Part shown: one piece after another, positions 34,350-47,400 of the stretch
How the letters are laid out: every line of letters begins with the position of its first letter
Position numbering within the stretch: the stretch's first letter is position 1
DNA from: Malacoraja senta
Taxonomy: Eukaryota
Length of the DNA: 64,000 nucleotides
NCBI GenBank assembly: GCA_038087875.1
Contig: CM075996.1
Span: 8,868,001 to 8,932,000 of the forward strand
Direction of reading: 5' to 3'
Translations under genes and position numbers: made by a program
Notes under the pieces: model-generated
Told to the model about the DNA's origin: nothing
The model's input: only the letters and a program-made list of their open reading frames with translations
Database searches by the model: none

Positions 34350-35700
34350 AGGGGCTGTCCCACTTGGGTGACCTAATTGGCGAGTTTAGAAGAGTTAAAA
34401 AAAATGACATGTTGAAGACCTCCTTCGACTAAGTAGAAGACCTCCTTCGACCTCCTTCGACTATGCTGAAGACCAGCTTCAACTAGCTACGACTAACTTC
34501 GGGAAAATTGGACACCGATTAGTGGAGAGTGAAGACGACCTCCTTCGACCTTCCTTTCACTATGATAAAGACTATCTACGACTACCCTCGATTACCTACG
34601 ACCAGGGGCGGAAAACCCGGGGGGGCCAGAGGGGACACGTCCCCTCCATGTTTTGAGAGGTGGGGGACATCCCCCCCCCCCCAGTTTTTGTGATCCGTAT
34701 TTCAAAACCCAGTGAAATCTCCGCTTTCCGCGAGACAGTGGGGGTGGGACTGAAGATCGAGGGCGCCGATTGGACGAGAGAGACGTCAGTCAGCAGGCAA
34801 TGGGGGCGGGTCATGATAATTCAGCGCGATGATTGGAGGAGGGAGGAGTGGGGGGGGGAGGGTGGGCCTGAGGATAGAGCGCGGTGATTGGAGGAGGGAG
34901 ACGTGGCATAGACCTGCGCTTCATCCGCAGGCAGGATCAAAGATGCTAGAGTAGTATCTTTGGGCAGGATCGATCCCGGCTCACCGGCGCTGTCCTGTCC
35001 CCACCCGAGTGCCCCCCCCCCCCTCCCACGGGTGGCCGGAGAGGTCGGCAGCAAAGATCCTCCGCTATAGGATCTTCGGTCGGTAGTCAGACCGGCGCGG
35101 TGCCCCCCAGGCCCACAGCCAGCGCAGAGAAGCAACGCTAAACCAGGTCAACTCTGCCTGTCCCGCCAGGTGAGCCTACAGCCTTCCTGGACTTGCAGGA
35201 AATATGGCCAGCGCGGAGAAGCAGCGCTGGTGTCCCGTCAGTCCAGGCAGGGCTGTAGTTAACCCGGTGAGGCAGGCAGAGTTGAGCTGCATTTAGCGCT
35301 GGATTGAGCCTCCGAAGCCTTGTGTGTGTGTGTGAGTGTGCGCATGCGCGCGCGGCCGACAAAAAATTGTGTCCCCCGTCCCCTCCATGTTTTGATAGCG
35401 TGTTCCATTCTTGCCTACGACTAACATGCTGACCTACTACGACTTACTTCGACTAAACCTACGAGTAAAACAAGTATCGATTTTTTCCATGGCGACCTTT
35501 TTTTACTCGCGGGCATTTTTCAACATATTGAACAAAACACCGCGACCTAGCTGAGGCCTCGAGTACGCGGGGACCACTCTCGAGCATAAAGGAAAGTTAC
35601 GAAGACCTCCTACGACCTCGTGTCGACCATGCTGCGAGTATGAGTCGAGGGCAAACTCGCCAGAACTCGCGGATGAGGTCGCCCAAGTGGGACAGGCCCT
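34350..35700. mobile_element. Harbinger-type MITE with a nested hAT-like element
   Basis: TIR AGGG(G/C)CTGTCCCACTTGGG, TAA TSD. An uninterrupted sister copy lies at 61229-61789. Confidence 0.9.
34603..35413. mobile_element. Non-autonomous hAT-like element
   Basis: 8-bp TSD CCTACGAC (34595-34602, 35414-35421), CAGGGG terminus, absent from the sister MITE at 61229. Confidence 0.8.
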
Positions 35701-35769
35701 TAAAGGAGATTGTGATTAGGATGAACACAGTTGTCATGGTGTGTGACACACACCATCACACTCTGCTCT

Positions 35770-36940
35770 CTTCATCTGGACAAATATATAGATAGACATG
35801 GCTTTGAGTGTTCTGGGCCAAATGCAGGCAAATGGGACCATCCCAGTATGCCAATACTGGGCATGGACAAGGTTGAGTGAATGGCCTGTTTCCCTGCTGT
35901 GTAGCTATATGACTCTGTGGACTGGTTCAACTGCTGAGATGTTACTAATGGAATTAATGCAATCATCCCACCACAACCAGAGAGCAGTGCTGAATGAACT
36001 ACCTTCTACCTCTTTGGTGAACCTCGGACTATCCTTGATCAAATGTAAGGGGAGACTGTGTAGTTAATGGCAAGACCCTTAAAAGCATTGATGTGCAGAA
36101 GGATCTTGGAGTCCAAGTCTACAGCTCCATGAAAGTGACAACACATGTAGACAGATTGGTTAAGAAAGTATGTGGCATGTTTGCTTTCATCATTTGGGGC
36201 ATTGAGTATTAGAATCAGAGAGCTTTACAGGGCTTTGGTTAGGCCACATGTGAAGCATTGTGTGCAGTTCTAGTCACTCTGTTACAGGAAGGATGTGGAG
36301 GCTTTGGAGATGGGGGGGGGGAAAGAAGTTTACCAGAACGCTGCCTGGATTAGAAGGTATTAGCTATAAGGAGAGATTGGACAAACTTGGATTGTTTTCT
36401 GTGGAACGTCAGTGGCTGAGGGGAGTCCTGGGAGAAGTGTACAAAATTATGAGAGGCATAGATAAGGTAGACATTGAAACATAGAAAATAGGTGCAGGAG
36501 GAGGCCATTCGGCCCTTCGAGCCAGCACCGCCATTCATTGTGATCATGGCTGATCGTCCCCAATCAATAACCCGTGCCTGCCTTCTCCCTATATCCCTTG
36601 ACTCCACTAGCCCCTAGAGCTCTATCTAACTCTCTCTTAAATCCATCCAGAGTCATAACATTTCTCCCAGGGTGAAAATGTCAAAGACTGGAGGGCATGG
36701 ACTTACGTTGAGAGGGGCAATGTATAAAGGAGATGTGCAAGGGCAAGTTGTTTACACAGAGAGTGATTGCTTGGCACGGACTGCCAATGGTGGTGGAAGA
36801 GGCAGATATGCTTGGGGAATTGAAGAGACTTTGGATATGGATCACGTGCATCCAGAGGAGATTCGTTTAACTTGGCATCATGTTTGGCTTGTTAAATGTG
36901 GGCTGCAGGGTGCGTTCATGTGCTGTACTGCTCCATAAAA
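35770..36940 (+). mobile_element. Old CR1 fragments with a nested opposite-strand CR1 tail (36476-36650)
   Basis: Degenerate ORF2 C-terminus. Confidence 0.8.
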
Positions 36941-37234
36941 AAGAACACTAGGTGCTGGAGTAACTCAGCGGGTCAGGCAGCATCTCTGGAGGACATGGAA
37001 AGGTGATGTTTCAGGTTGGGACCCTTCTTCAGGACTCAGGATTATGTTTAGTAGTCTATGTTTGTTTTGGTAAACCAGCCTCTGCAGATCTTTGTGACTC
37101 TACTGTACTATGTCTGTTCTAGTACACCTGCTGTGGTTGACGGTCCACAGAGGTGTCTGATTTGGAGCGGCCTTTTGTGTTTATGACCAATCCCATTCAG
37201 CACACCTGTATGCCTCCAGACTCTGCAAACTAAC

Positions 37235-37303
37235 GGCCGTATTTGTGGACGGTGCTTCCAGTCTGGCCAGCTTCAGCGCTGGGTTTTGGGGTTGGAGCTC
37301 CAC
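37235..37303 (-). CDS. Possible optional FAM227A-like exon (69 nt, phase 1 to 1)
   Basis: Non-repeat island with CTGAC branch and CCTCCAG acceptor but a weak GTTAGT donor. Frame-neutral, so not required by the gene model. Confidence 0.25.
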
Positions 37304-38501
37304 CTGGAGGCACCATGGTGCGTCAGCAAGTCTGCAAGTTGCACAACAGCGCCTTCACCAAGTGGTCACCCTGCAACTTGGTGTGTAGGAAGGAACTGCA
37401 GGCGTAAGAAAGAACTGCAGATGCTGGTAAAATCGAAGGTGGACACAAAAAGCTGGAGTAACTCAGCGGGTCAGGCAGCATCTCTGGAGAAAAGGAATAG
37501 GTGACGTTTCCGGGTCGAGACCCTTCTTCAGGCTGAGAGTCAGGGGAAAGGGAAACGAGAGACTTAAACGACACTTGGTTCATTATTAACACATGTACCA
37601 AGACACAGTGTAAAACGTTGTTTGCGTGCTATCAGGTCCAATCAGGTATGTAGTGTGGTGAACGAGGCTTTTGGCACGTTGGTCTTCATCAGTCAGGGAA
37701 TTGAGTTTAGAATGTTCAAGAAGGAACTGCAGCTGCTGGAAAATCGAAGGTAGACAAAAATGCTGGAGAAACTCAGCGGGTGAGGCAGCATCTATGGAGT
37801 GAAGGAAATAGGCAACGTTTCGGGCCGAAACCCTTCTTCAGACTGATGCAGGTTGGGGGGGGGGGGCGAGCGGGAAGAAGAAAGGAAGAGGAGGAGCCAG
37901 AGGGCTGAGGGAGAGCTGAGAAGGGGAGGAGACAGCAAGGGCTACCGGAAATTGGAGAAGTCAGTGTTCAAGCCGCTGGGATGCAGACTGCCCAAGCGGA
38001 ATATGAGGTCCTCACTCTGGCCATGTAGGAGGCCCAGGACAGAAAGGTCAGATTCGGAAAGGGAGGGGCAGTTGAAGTGCTGAGCCACAGAAGTTGGGAT
38101 AGTTTTCTTACAGTTGTACAAGACGTTGGTGAGGCCACACCTGGAGTTTTGTGGTCAGTATTTAGTCACCTTTCTTGATGGTGAAAGATGCCATTAAGCT
38201 GGAAAGGTTGCAGAGAAGATTTATGGGGCTGTTGCCAGGACTCAAGGTCCAGAGGTAGTTGGGCAGGCTAGGACCGAGCTGCCAGAGGAAGTAGTTGAGG
38301 CAGGCACAATAACAACATGTAAAACACTTTTGGACCAGTGCATGGTTAGGAAATAATTTGAGTGATATGGGCCAAACGCATGTGAATGGGACGAGCTGAG
38401 ATGGGGCATCTTGGATGGTGTGGATGAATTGGAGCGGGGGGGCTGTTTCTATGCTGTACGACTATGACTCTATGAGTACTATCAAGCCAGACACGAGTAC
38501 A

Positions 38502-38710
38502 AGGTGGCGCAGCGGTAGAGTTGTTGCCTTACAGCGCTTACGGCGCCAGAGGCCCGGGTTCGATCCTGACTACATGTGCTGTCTGTACGGAGCTTGTACG
38601 TTCTCCCCGTGACCGCGTGGGCTTTCTCCGAGATCTTCGGTTTCCTTCCACTCTCCAAAGATGTACAGGTTTGCAGGTTTATTGGCTTGGTAGCAATGTA
38701 AATTGTCCCG
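38502..38710 (+). mobile_element. V-SINE (3'-truncated)
   Basis: A box TGGCGCAGCGG, B box GTTCGATCC, V-domain. Confidence 0.85.
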
Positions 38711-38751
38711 TTGCGCACTGTATCTTTAAACTAAAAAAATAAAGTAGTGCA

Positions 38752-39510
38752 AATAGACAATAGACAATAGTTGCAGGAGTAGACAATTCGGCCCTTCGAG
38801 CCAGCACCGCCATTCAATGCGATCATGGCTGATCATCCCCAATCAGTACCCCGTTCCTGCTTTCTCCCCATATCCCCTGACTCCGCTATCTTTAAGAGCC
38901 CTATCTAGCTCTCTCTTGAAAGTATCCAGAGAACCGGCCTCCACCGTCCTCTGAGGTAGAGAATTCCACAGACTCACAACTCTCTGTGTGAAAAAGTGTT
39001 TTCTCGTCTCCGTTCTAAATGGCTTACTCCTTATTCCTAAACTGTGGCCCCTGGTTCTGGACTCCCCCAACATCGGGAACATGTTTCCTGCCTCTAGCGT
39101 GTCCAAACTCTTAATAATCTTATATGTTTCAATAAGATTCCCTCTCATCCTTCTAAACTCCAGGGTATACAAGCCCAGACGCTCCATTCTCTCAGCATAT
39201 GACAGTCCCGCCATCCCGAGAATTAACCTTGTAAACCTACGTTGCACTCCCTCGATAGCAAGAATGTCCTTCCTCAAATTAGGGGATCAAAACTGCACAC
39301 AGTACTCCAGGTGTGGTCTCACTAGGGCCCTATACAACTGCAGAAGGACCTCTTTGCTCCTATACTCAACTCCTCTTGTTATGAAGGCCAACATGCCATT
39401 CGCTTTCTTCACTGCCTGCTGTACCTGCATGCTTACTTTCATTGACTGATGAACAAGAACCCCCAGATCCCGTTGTACTTCCCTTTTTCCCAACTTGACA
39501 CCATTTAGAT
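38752..39510 (-). mobile_element. CR1 3' fragment
   Basis: RPHLEYCVQF and tail. Confidence 0.9.
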
Positions 39511-40811
39511 CAGGGACGTGCGGTCAGGGGAGGCAGAGCCTCACCTGTCATACTCCCAATGAAAATAGCTGTTAAGAAAAGTAAAGAAAAATAATAATAA
39601 AATAAAATAAATATAAAGATTTTTCCACTGATCTGTTATAAATGTCATTTCTATATGAATCTAATCATTTTATATAGTAAAAATCACCAAATTTCTATGT
39701 ATGTCACCAATGTAATGTGTGTAAACCCCTTCATTACATGTCCTTACCTTCCCTAGTCCAGGTAACGAACTTCACATATAAATATATTAAATTTAGGCTC
39801 GCTGGTCTCTTCATAAAACTGCAATGAAAAAGCACCAGGGGAGGCAGCGATCACATCTGCCTCACAAGGGGGCGTGTCTTGAGCCCAGTGGAGGAAGAGC
39901 GAGCGTCAATTACGTAGGCTCACGTAATTGACGCTACCTCGCTCTCCCTCCACCTTAGCTAGTTTCAGCAGCGGCGGCGCAGCACTGGGTTCCACCGCGG
40001 GCGGCACTGACTGGTAGGTTGATTCGTTGATTTGTAGCGGCCGATTCGGAGGCTCTGGGCCGCTGAGAGCTCCCAATTGGACCCCACGCTGGAGTAATCT
40101 ACTCTCGGCTCAGGACCCCGGCATCCACTCCCGCCGCCGGCCCTCTCCCTCCCTTCTCTCCTTCCCTTCCCTCCCTTCTTCCCTCCCTCCCTTCTCCCCT
40201 TCCCTCCCTCCTTCCTCTCTCTCATTTCCCTTCTCTCCTTCCCTCCCTTCTTTTTCTCCTTCCCTCCCTCCCTTCTTCCTCTACTTCCCTCCACTGGGTC
40301 AAGACACGTCCCCTTGTGAGGCAGACATGATCGCTGCCTCCCCTGCTGCTTTTTCATTGCAGTTTTATGAAGAGACCAGCTATCCTAAATGTAATATATT
40401 TATATGTGAAATAAGCTACCTGGATTATGGAAAGTAAGGACATGTAATGAAGGGATCTACAAGCATTACATTGGTGACATACATAGAGACAGTAACAGGC
40501 ACACGCTTATTGCCCGCGCTCCATGCAGCTTCGGAGGGGTTGCGCAATCAGAGGGGAGGCTCAGCTCGTCACTGCCTCACCTCTCATCTCGCCCTGTATT
40601 TGCAGCGGAGCTATGCACATTTGGCGATTTTGACTATAAAAATGGTTAGATTCATATAGAAATAACATTTATAACACAGATCAGTGGAAAAATCTTTATA
40701 TTTATTTTATTTTATTATTATTTTTCTTTACTTTTCTTAACAGCTATTTTCATTGGGAGTATGACAGGTGAGGCTCTGCCCCCCCCTGCCTCCCCTGACC
40801 TCACATCCCTG
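39511..40811. mobile_element. Long foldback element with CAGGGA termini (hAT-like)
   Basis: About 380 bp inverted arms (39511-39895 vs 40285-40811; right arm carries an extra ~130 bp). No TSD visible. Confidence 0.8.
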
Positions 40812-41309
40812 GAGTGCAGTGTGTGCCTGGAGCAGACTGCCAGGAGTGGTGATGGAAGCAGATGTGACAGTGCCGTTTAAGAGACTTTTGAAATAGGGTT
40901 GTGTTTATGCAAGGAATGGAGTGATCTCATAAGTGATAGGAGCAGAATTAGACCATTCGGCCGAGCATATCTACTCCGCCATTCAATGATGGTTGATCTA
41001 TCTCTCCCCCCTAACCCCATTCATTCTCCTGCCTTCTCCCCATAACCTCTGACACCCGTACTAATCAAGAACCTATCTATCTCTGCCTTAAATATATCCA
41101 CGGACATGGCCTCCACAGCCTTCTGTGGCAATGAATTCCACAGATTCACCACCCTCTGACTAAAGAAATTCCTCTTTCGTGGCTCATGTGCAGGCAGAGG
41201 TAATTAGTTTGAATTGGCATCGCGTTCAGCACAGACATTGTGGGCCGAAGGGCCTTGTTCCTGTGCTGTACACATGATCTATATTTACACATGGTGACTC
41301 CATTCCTAC

Positions 41310-41457
41310 CATTTAACGCGAGTAGTCGTTCCTCCCTTGTGCAGGTCTCGTCCTCTTGCAGCTCTGAAGAGGATTCGCCTGAGCTCACTAAACCTTTCAG
41401 CCAGGTTATGGAACTTATCGAGATTTTCGTCGCTCTCCACAATGCTCTCGGAGAAAG
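41310..41457 (-). CDS. FAM227A: FAM227A-like internal exon (LSPRALWRATKISISSITWLKGLVSSGESSSELQEDETCTREERLLALN-G)
   Basis: TTCTTTCTGGGTTTAG acceptor, GTAGGA donor, 148 nt, phase 0 to 1. Unique sequence among repeats, in a low-conservation region. Confidence 0.65.
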
Positions 41458-41571
41458 CTAAACCCAGAAAGAACATTGTTAGTTGTCAAGTGGAATTAAA
41501 ATCAGTATTAGCTTTGTCCGAGTCCTTCGTTTCACTCTAAGACATCAGACAAAGTGAACAGGTTCTATCGT

Positions 41572-41882
41572 GGGGCGGCACAGTGGCTCAGCGGCAGAGT
41601 TGGTGCCTTACAGCGCTTGCAGCGGCAGAGACCCGGGTTCCATCCTGACTACGGGGGCTGTCTGTACGGAGTTTGTACGTTCTCCCCGTGACTGCGTGGG
41701 GTTTCTCCAAGATCTTTGGTTTCCTCCCACACTCCAAAGACGTACAGGTTAATTGGCTTGGTATAAGTGTAAACTGTCCCTAGTGTGTGTAGGATAGTGT
41801 TAATATGCGGGGATCGATGGTTGGTGCGGACGTAGTGGGCGGAAGGGTCTGTTTTTGCGCTGTATCTCTAAATTGAACTGAA
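41572..41882 (+). mobile_element. V-SINE
   Basis: Full head, V-domain and tail. Confidence 0.88.
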
Positions 41883-43334
41883 CAAGTGGCAGCAGGCAGT
41901 GGATAGGACTGTCTGGGTACTTTTGTACCTTTGTCCGTGCCAAGATGTGGCAGCACTTGTTCAGGTTGGATGCAAAACAAAGCATTTCACAGCACTAGGT
42001 ACATGACACAATAAAGTATCATTCATTCATTCATTCATTCATTTAGAGGTGGAGATGTCAAACCAGCCTGTAGCAAGATTCAAGAGTGTTAAATTATCAT
42101 ATGTCATAGAGTGATACAGTGTGGAAACAGGCCCTTCAGCCCAACTTGCCCACACCAGCCAACATGTCCATGCTACACTAGTCCCACCTGGCCACGTTTG
42201 GTCCATATCCCTCCAAACCTGTCCTATCCATGTACCTGTCTAACTGTTTCGGAATGGAACAATGAAATTCTTACCACATAACAGGTCTGTAAACACAGTA
42301 CTCAATAGATAACATAATCTTTTTTTTTTCAGACTCAGAATCAGATTTTATTCGCCAAGTATGTTTTGCAACATACGAGGAATTTCATTGACCAGGTCAG
42401 TCATACAATTAAAAGCAACAGATCACTCAAAAACACATTTTAACATGAACATCCACCACAGTGACTCCTACACATTCCTTACTGTGGTGGAAGGCGAAAT
42501 AAAGTTCAAGTCTCTCAAAATTAGATGAATATAAACACCCAATATTCGGGCAAAATGAAGCAAAAGCGTGAACTCCCGAGTGCAACCAAGACAGTTTGTA
42601 GTTCAAAGTTTAGTTGGTGGTTGTAGTGTTCAATGCCCTGATGGTGTTTAGGAAGAAGTTGTTCTTGAACCTGGAGATCACGGTCATATCAAGGCATGAG
42701 GATATCAGTATGGATTCATAGGACAGAGACCATTCCCTTTGTAACTCCCTAGTCACCTCTTCCACCCGCAACTAACACTTCCCATCTCGGAGTACCTACC
42801 ACACAATCATGCTAGATGCAACGCTTGCCATTTTAGATAGACACAAAATACTGGAGTAACTCAGCATGTCAGGCAGCATCTGTGGGGAAAATGGATAGGT
42901 GACGTTTCTGGTTGGGATCCTTCTTCAGATGGAAGGGTCCCAACCTGAAATGTTACCTATCCGTTTTCTCCAGACATGCTGCTTGACCAATTGTGTCTGA
43001 AGAAGGGTCTCGACCCGAAACGTCACCTATTCCTTTGCTCCATAGATGCTGCCTCACCCGCTGAGTTTCTCCTGCATTTTTGTCAGCTGAGTTACTCCAG
43101 TATTTTGTGTCTATCTTTGGTACAAAGCAGCATTTTTTTTACATTTTTATTATAACTTGCCCTTTTAGGTTTAACTTAGGTGTATATTGTCACGTGAAGT
43201 GAAGTGGTTGGTTTTGCATGTTATTCAATCAAATCAGATAATACCATACACAATACAATTAAGCCGACCTCAAGTACAAGAGCTAGAGTGAAAGGAAACA
43301 TACCGAGTGCAGAATATAGTCTCAGTATTATAGG

Positions 43335-44030
43335 TTCAATGGTATCAAAGGTCTTTTATTGTCACGTGTACCAATTAAGGTCCAGTGATATGTGAATTAC
43401 CATACAGCCATACGGAAAAAAAACATGACACACAACCATATAAAAGTTAACATAAACATCCACCACAGCCGATTCCCCACATTCCCCGCTGTGATGGAAG
43501 GCAAAAAAGTCCAGTCTTCTTCCTCTTTATTTCTCCCGCGGTCGGGGCAGTCGAACCATCCGTCGGGGCGATCGAAGCTCCTGCAGCCGGCGGTCGATGC
43601 TCCAGCGTCGGGGCAATTGAAATTCCCGCGTTGGGGACGGTCAAACCCCCAAGGCTTGGAGTTGGCGATGTCTGTCTCTGACCAGACTCCATGATGTTAA
43701 GTCCGCATGCACCCACGGTTGAAGCTCCGAGGTCGATCCCTGGCAAAGGGATCGCGGGCTCCGCGATGTGAAAGTCCTGCAGGCTCCCCGCGGTGGAGCT
43801 CTCAAAATCGGTCTCCAGTAAAGGCCGTCAACTCCCCGATGTTAGGCCGCAGTGCGGACGGAGGTACATTACTGAAAAAAATCGCATCTCCGTCGAGGTA
43901 AGAGAATAGAAAAAGTTTCCCCCAACTCCCCCCCCCCCCCACCCCCCACATAAAACAAGCTAAAGAACACTAAAAACATACATTTAACACATACTAATTA
44001 AACACAAGAAGGAAAGGACAGACAGACTGT
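43335..44030 (-). mobile_element. GC-rich SINE-like retroposon, same superfamily as 1213-2058
   Basis: Shared CGCATCTCC..GTTTCCCCC..CACATAAA block and shared CTGTGATGGAAGGCAAAA 3' block. Confidence 0.7.
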
Positions 44031-44484
44031 AAAGTCCAATATCCACAATGTTGAGGAAAATCAGACAGTATCCTAGCTTATGGGGGATGGTTCAGAAGCC
44101 AGATGACAGAGGGGAAGATGGTGTTCCTTATTCTGGTGGTTTCTGCTTCATCTCTTCCCTTCTCACCATCCAGGGACCCAGCCTTTCCGGATGATGTAGT
44201 GATTTACTAGCACGTCTCCTAACCTAGAGTACCAAGGTACAGTGAGAACGTTCGTTCCCATCAGGCAGAAGTCACAGAGGCTTGAGAGAGTGCACCCACC
44301 AGACGAAGGCTGCAATGTATTGTCCACAACTTCCATGCTGGAGAAACCAAATGCAGATTAGAGGAGCGCTTTGAGGGCACTTTCGTTCACTCCACCAGGA
44401 TCCTCTACTTCCACTCACCTGTCACTTTAATCCTCTACCCCACTGACATTTTATCCTTGCTGCCTTTTGTCTCCTACACAGGGT

Positions 44485-47400
44485 AGACACAGTGACACAG
44501 CAGTAGAGTAGCTGCCTTACATCGCCAGAGACCTGGGGTTTGATCCTGACTATGGGTGCTGGCTGTACGGAGTTTGTACGTTCTCCCTGTGACCGCGTGG
44601 GCTTTCTCCAGGTGTTCCGGTTTCCTCCCGCAATTCAAACACGTATGGTTTGTAGGTTAATTGGTCAATAAAATAGTAAGATTAAACGAGAACTTACCAG
44701 TTTGAAGTTTGATCTGTATTTTATGAGGAGTTACGATGAGGGATTACGTGAAGAGCCCGTCCAGCACGCATGCGCGACATTCTTCAAAGCAGCGGTGTGG
44801 AATCACAGGAAACACAATAATTGAAATAAACATAGTAAAGAAAAGGAGAACTAAGATACCAGTTGATCTATAATTGAGGGTGGGAGCGAAGGGCACGTAA
44901 TCCCTCATCGTAACTCCTCATAAAATACAGATCAAACTTCAAACTGGTAAGTTCTCGTTTAATCTTACTATTTTACTTCGGAGTCACGTGAGTGACTACG
45001 TGAAGATTTTAAAGCTCTGTGATTTCAAACCGTGTAACAGTTCATACTTCACTCGCTGACGAAGTCATTCAAGGGAGGAAGTATGTTATCGTAATCAACC
45101 ATAATCTGTTTGTAAACAATAATGGTATCTATTAAACAATAACAAAAGACAAAATGCTCCCCCGGGCTTAAATTATATATTTTTGCAGATTCTAAAACTC
45201 TTTCTGCAAATAACACAGGTTCTGCTAGCGGCTTGTGGTAGAACGTTTGGAACGTTTTCTCCATGTTCATGCTTTTAGCCACCGATGTGGATGCTGCCCT
45301 GGTGGAGTGAGATGTATATACATCAGTGTCTACTCCAGCAGCTCCCAGTACCTGCTTGAGCCATCTTGAGATGGTTTGGCTCGACACCCAACCATGAGGT
45401 TTCTTGTGGCTGACCCATAAGGTTTTTTTTTTTTTTTCTTCTTTTTTCTCCCTCGAGAATCTCTTGTTGTGTTGATGTAAGTGAATAAGTGAGTCATGAC
45501 ACACAACCGTAGGTCAGGTGGGTATGCCCGGAAATCCATAACTAGGACTCAAGTTCCTGGCCTGCTCTGGTTTAGCAGCTCCTGAATGGTGAATGAGACC
45601 CGGTCTGGTGTTATAACCATGTTGTCCAGTCGCAGTAAGTGGAGGGACTGGACTCTTTGTGCTGAGACTAGTGGCATCAGCATGACCGTTTTCAGGGTTA
45701 GCTTTTCCAGGGTGAGAGACCTGGCTGAGGACTATCCCCTTAGGTATGTCAGGACCACAATGACATCCCAGATTTGGGTATACCTAGGTCTAAGAGGGTT
45801 GGAGTTGACTATACTCCTCATGAGTTTGATCACCAGCGGGTGAGACCCTATGGCCTGTTGTCCTGGCACCTGTTTTAAGTAGGCTGACAGCGCACGTCTG
45901 GCAGTATTGATGGCGCTGTAGCTCAATCCTTCATTATGGTGAAGGCCCCCCAGGAACTCCAGTACATTGGTTATGGTTGCAGATGAGTACGTTGTTCCAG
46001 TAGTCGAGCAGTGTCTTTCCCACTTCCTGATGCTCGATAGGTATTGTTTCCTGGTGGACATACGGTGGGACGCTGTCATCGTGTTGATGGTCCTGTCAGA
46101 CAATCCCAGTCCCAGCAGTGGTCTTTTGATAATCTGCAACCCAGTAGGTTAATTTTGTCATGGCATGGATGACTTATGCCTGATACAGGGTGCGTCAATA
46201 GGTCTGGGCTACTGGGAAAGGTCATAGGAGTTTCGATGACCATGTCGAGGACCACTGGGAACCATGGCTGTGTAGGCCAGTTGGTACTATCAAAATACCT
46301 GAAGCAGAGTCCATCTGTATTTTGCGTAGTACCCTACAGATTAAGGCAGAAGGGGGGAAAAGCATAGAAGAAATAGGTCCCCCAGTTCAGCGCGAATGCA
46401 TCTATCGCTGCTGCCTCAGGGTGTGGTTCCCAAGGGACATACATTGGTACGTGGTGATTTAGTCTGGATGCAAAGAGATCGATATCTGGTGTGCCATATT
46501 GCTTTGTAATTTTAGCAACAGCTCTAGGATTTAACATCCATTCGGTGTTTATCATTGAATTTGCGTGACCTGGCACTGTATTTAGCTTACCTGGTAGGTA
46601 AGTTGCTGATAGCCAAATATGTCTATCGACCCACCATTACCAGATTGTGTTGACCAAATTGTCACATGATATCGATTTTATTCCACCCATATGGTTAATA
46701 TAGGCCACCACCGTGATATTATCAATTTGTAAACGAACATGCAAATGGTGCATATTCCTAGAATATGCTTTTAAACCATAAAACGCACCCAACATTTCCA
46801 AATAATTAATGCCCAGTGTTTGTAGTAAAGATGATTCTAGGTTAGTCCATCTACCACCTGTGCTGGATATGGTATTAGTTGCTCCCCAGCCTTGAGCACT
46901 GGCATCTGTTTGTATAGTTAACGTTGGGTTATTGTTGATGATAGGGCTGGAACTATGCCAAATGTGTTCTATCCACCATTGTAACTCTGATATTGCTTCA
47001 ATGGGCAGTTTCATGGTTCGGTCAAAGTGACCTGCATGTCGTTTCAACGCCTGTACTTTTGCCCTTTGTAGGTGCTGATAGTGCAGGGGTCCAAATTGTG
47101 TAGCTGGAAATGCTGCTACCATTTTGCCAATTACTCTTCCCACTTGTCGGATGGTTGGTCGATTGCTTACCATTAAATTGTTGCACGTCTGTGCCAATTC
47201 TGCTGCTTTACCTTTTGGCAACGTTACAGACATGTGGACTGAGTTAATTGTGAATACTATTTAATTGTGAGTCAACTTAGATTTATCTGGATGTATGACA
47301 AAACCCAGGGTTTCAAACAATTGTTTGGTAGCTAATACAGCTGATTTAGCCAACTCCATGGTTTTGCCTACTATTAGGATATCATCAAGCTATGCCATGA

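Noticed and set aside
38502..38570. tRNA-like A/B box sequences
   Set aside because: These are SINE heads followed by the V-domain, not tRNA genes.
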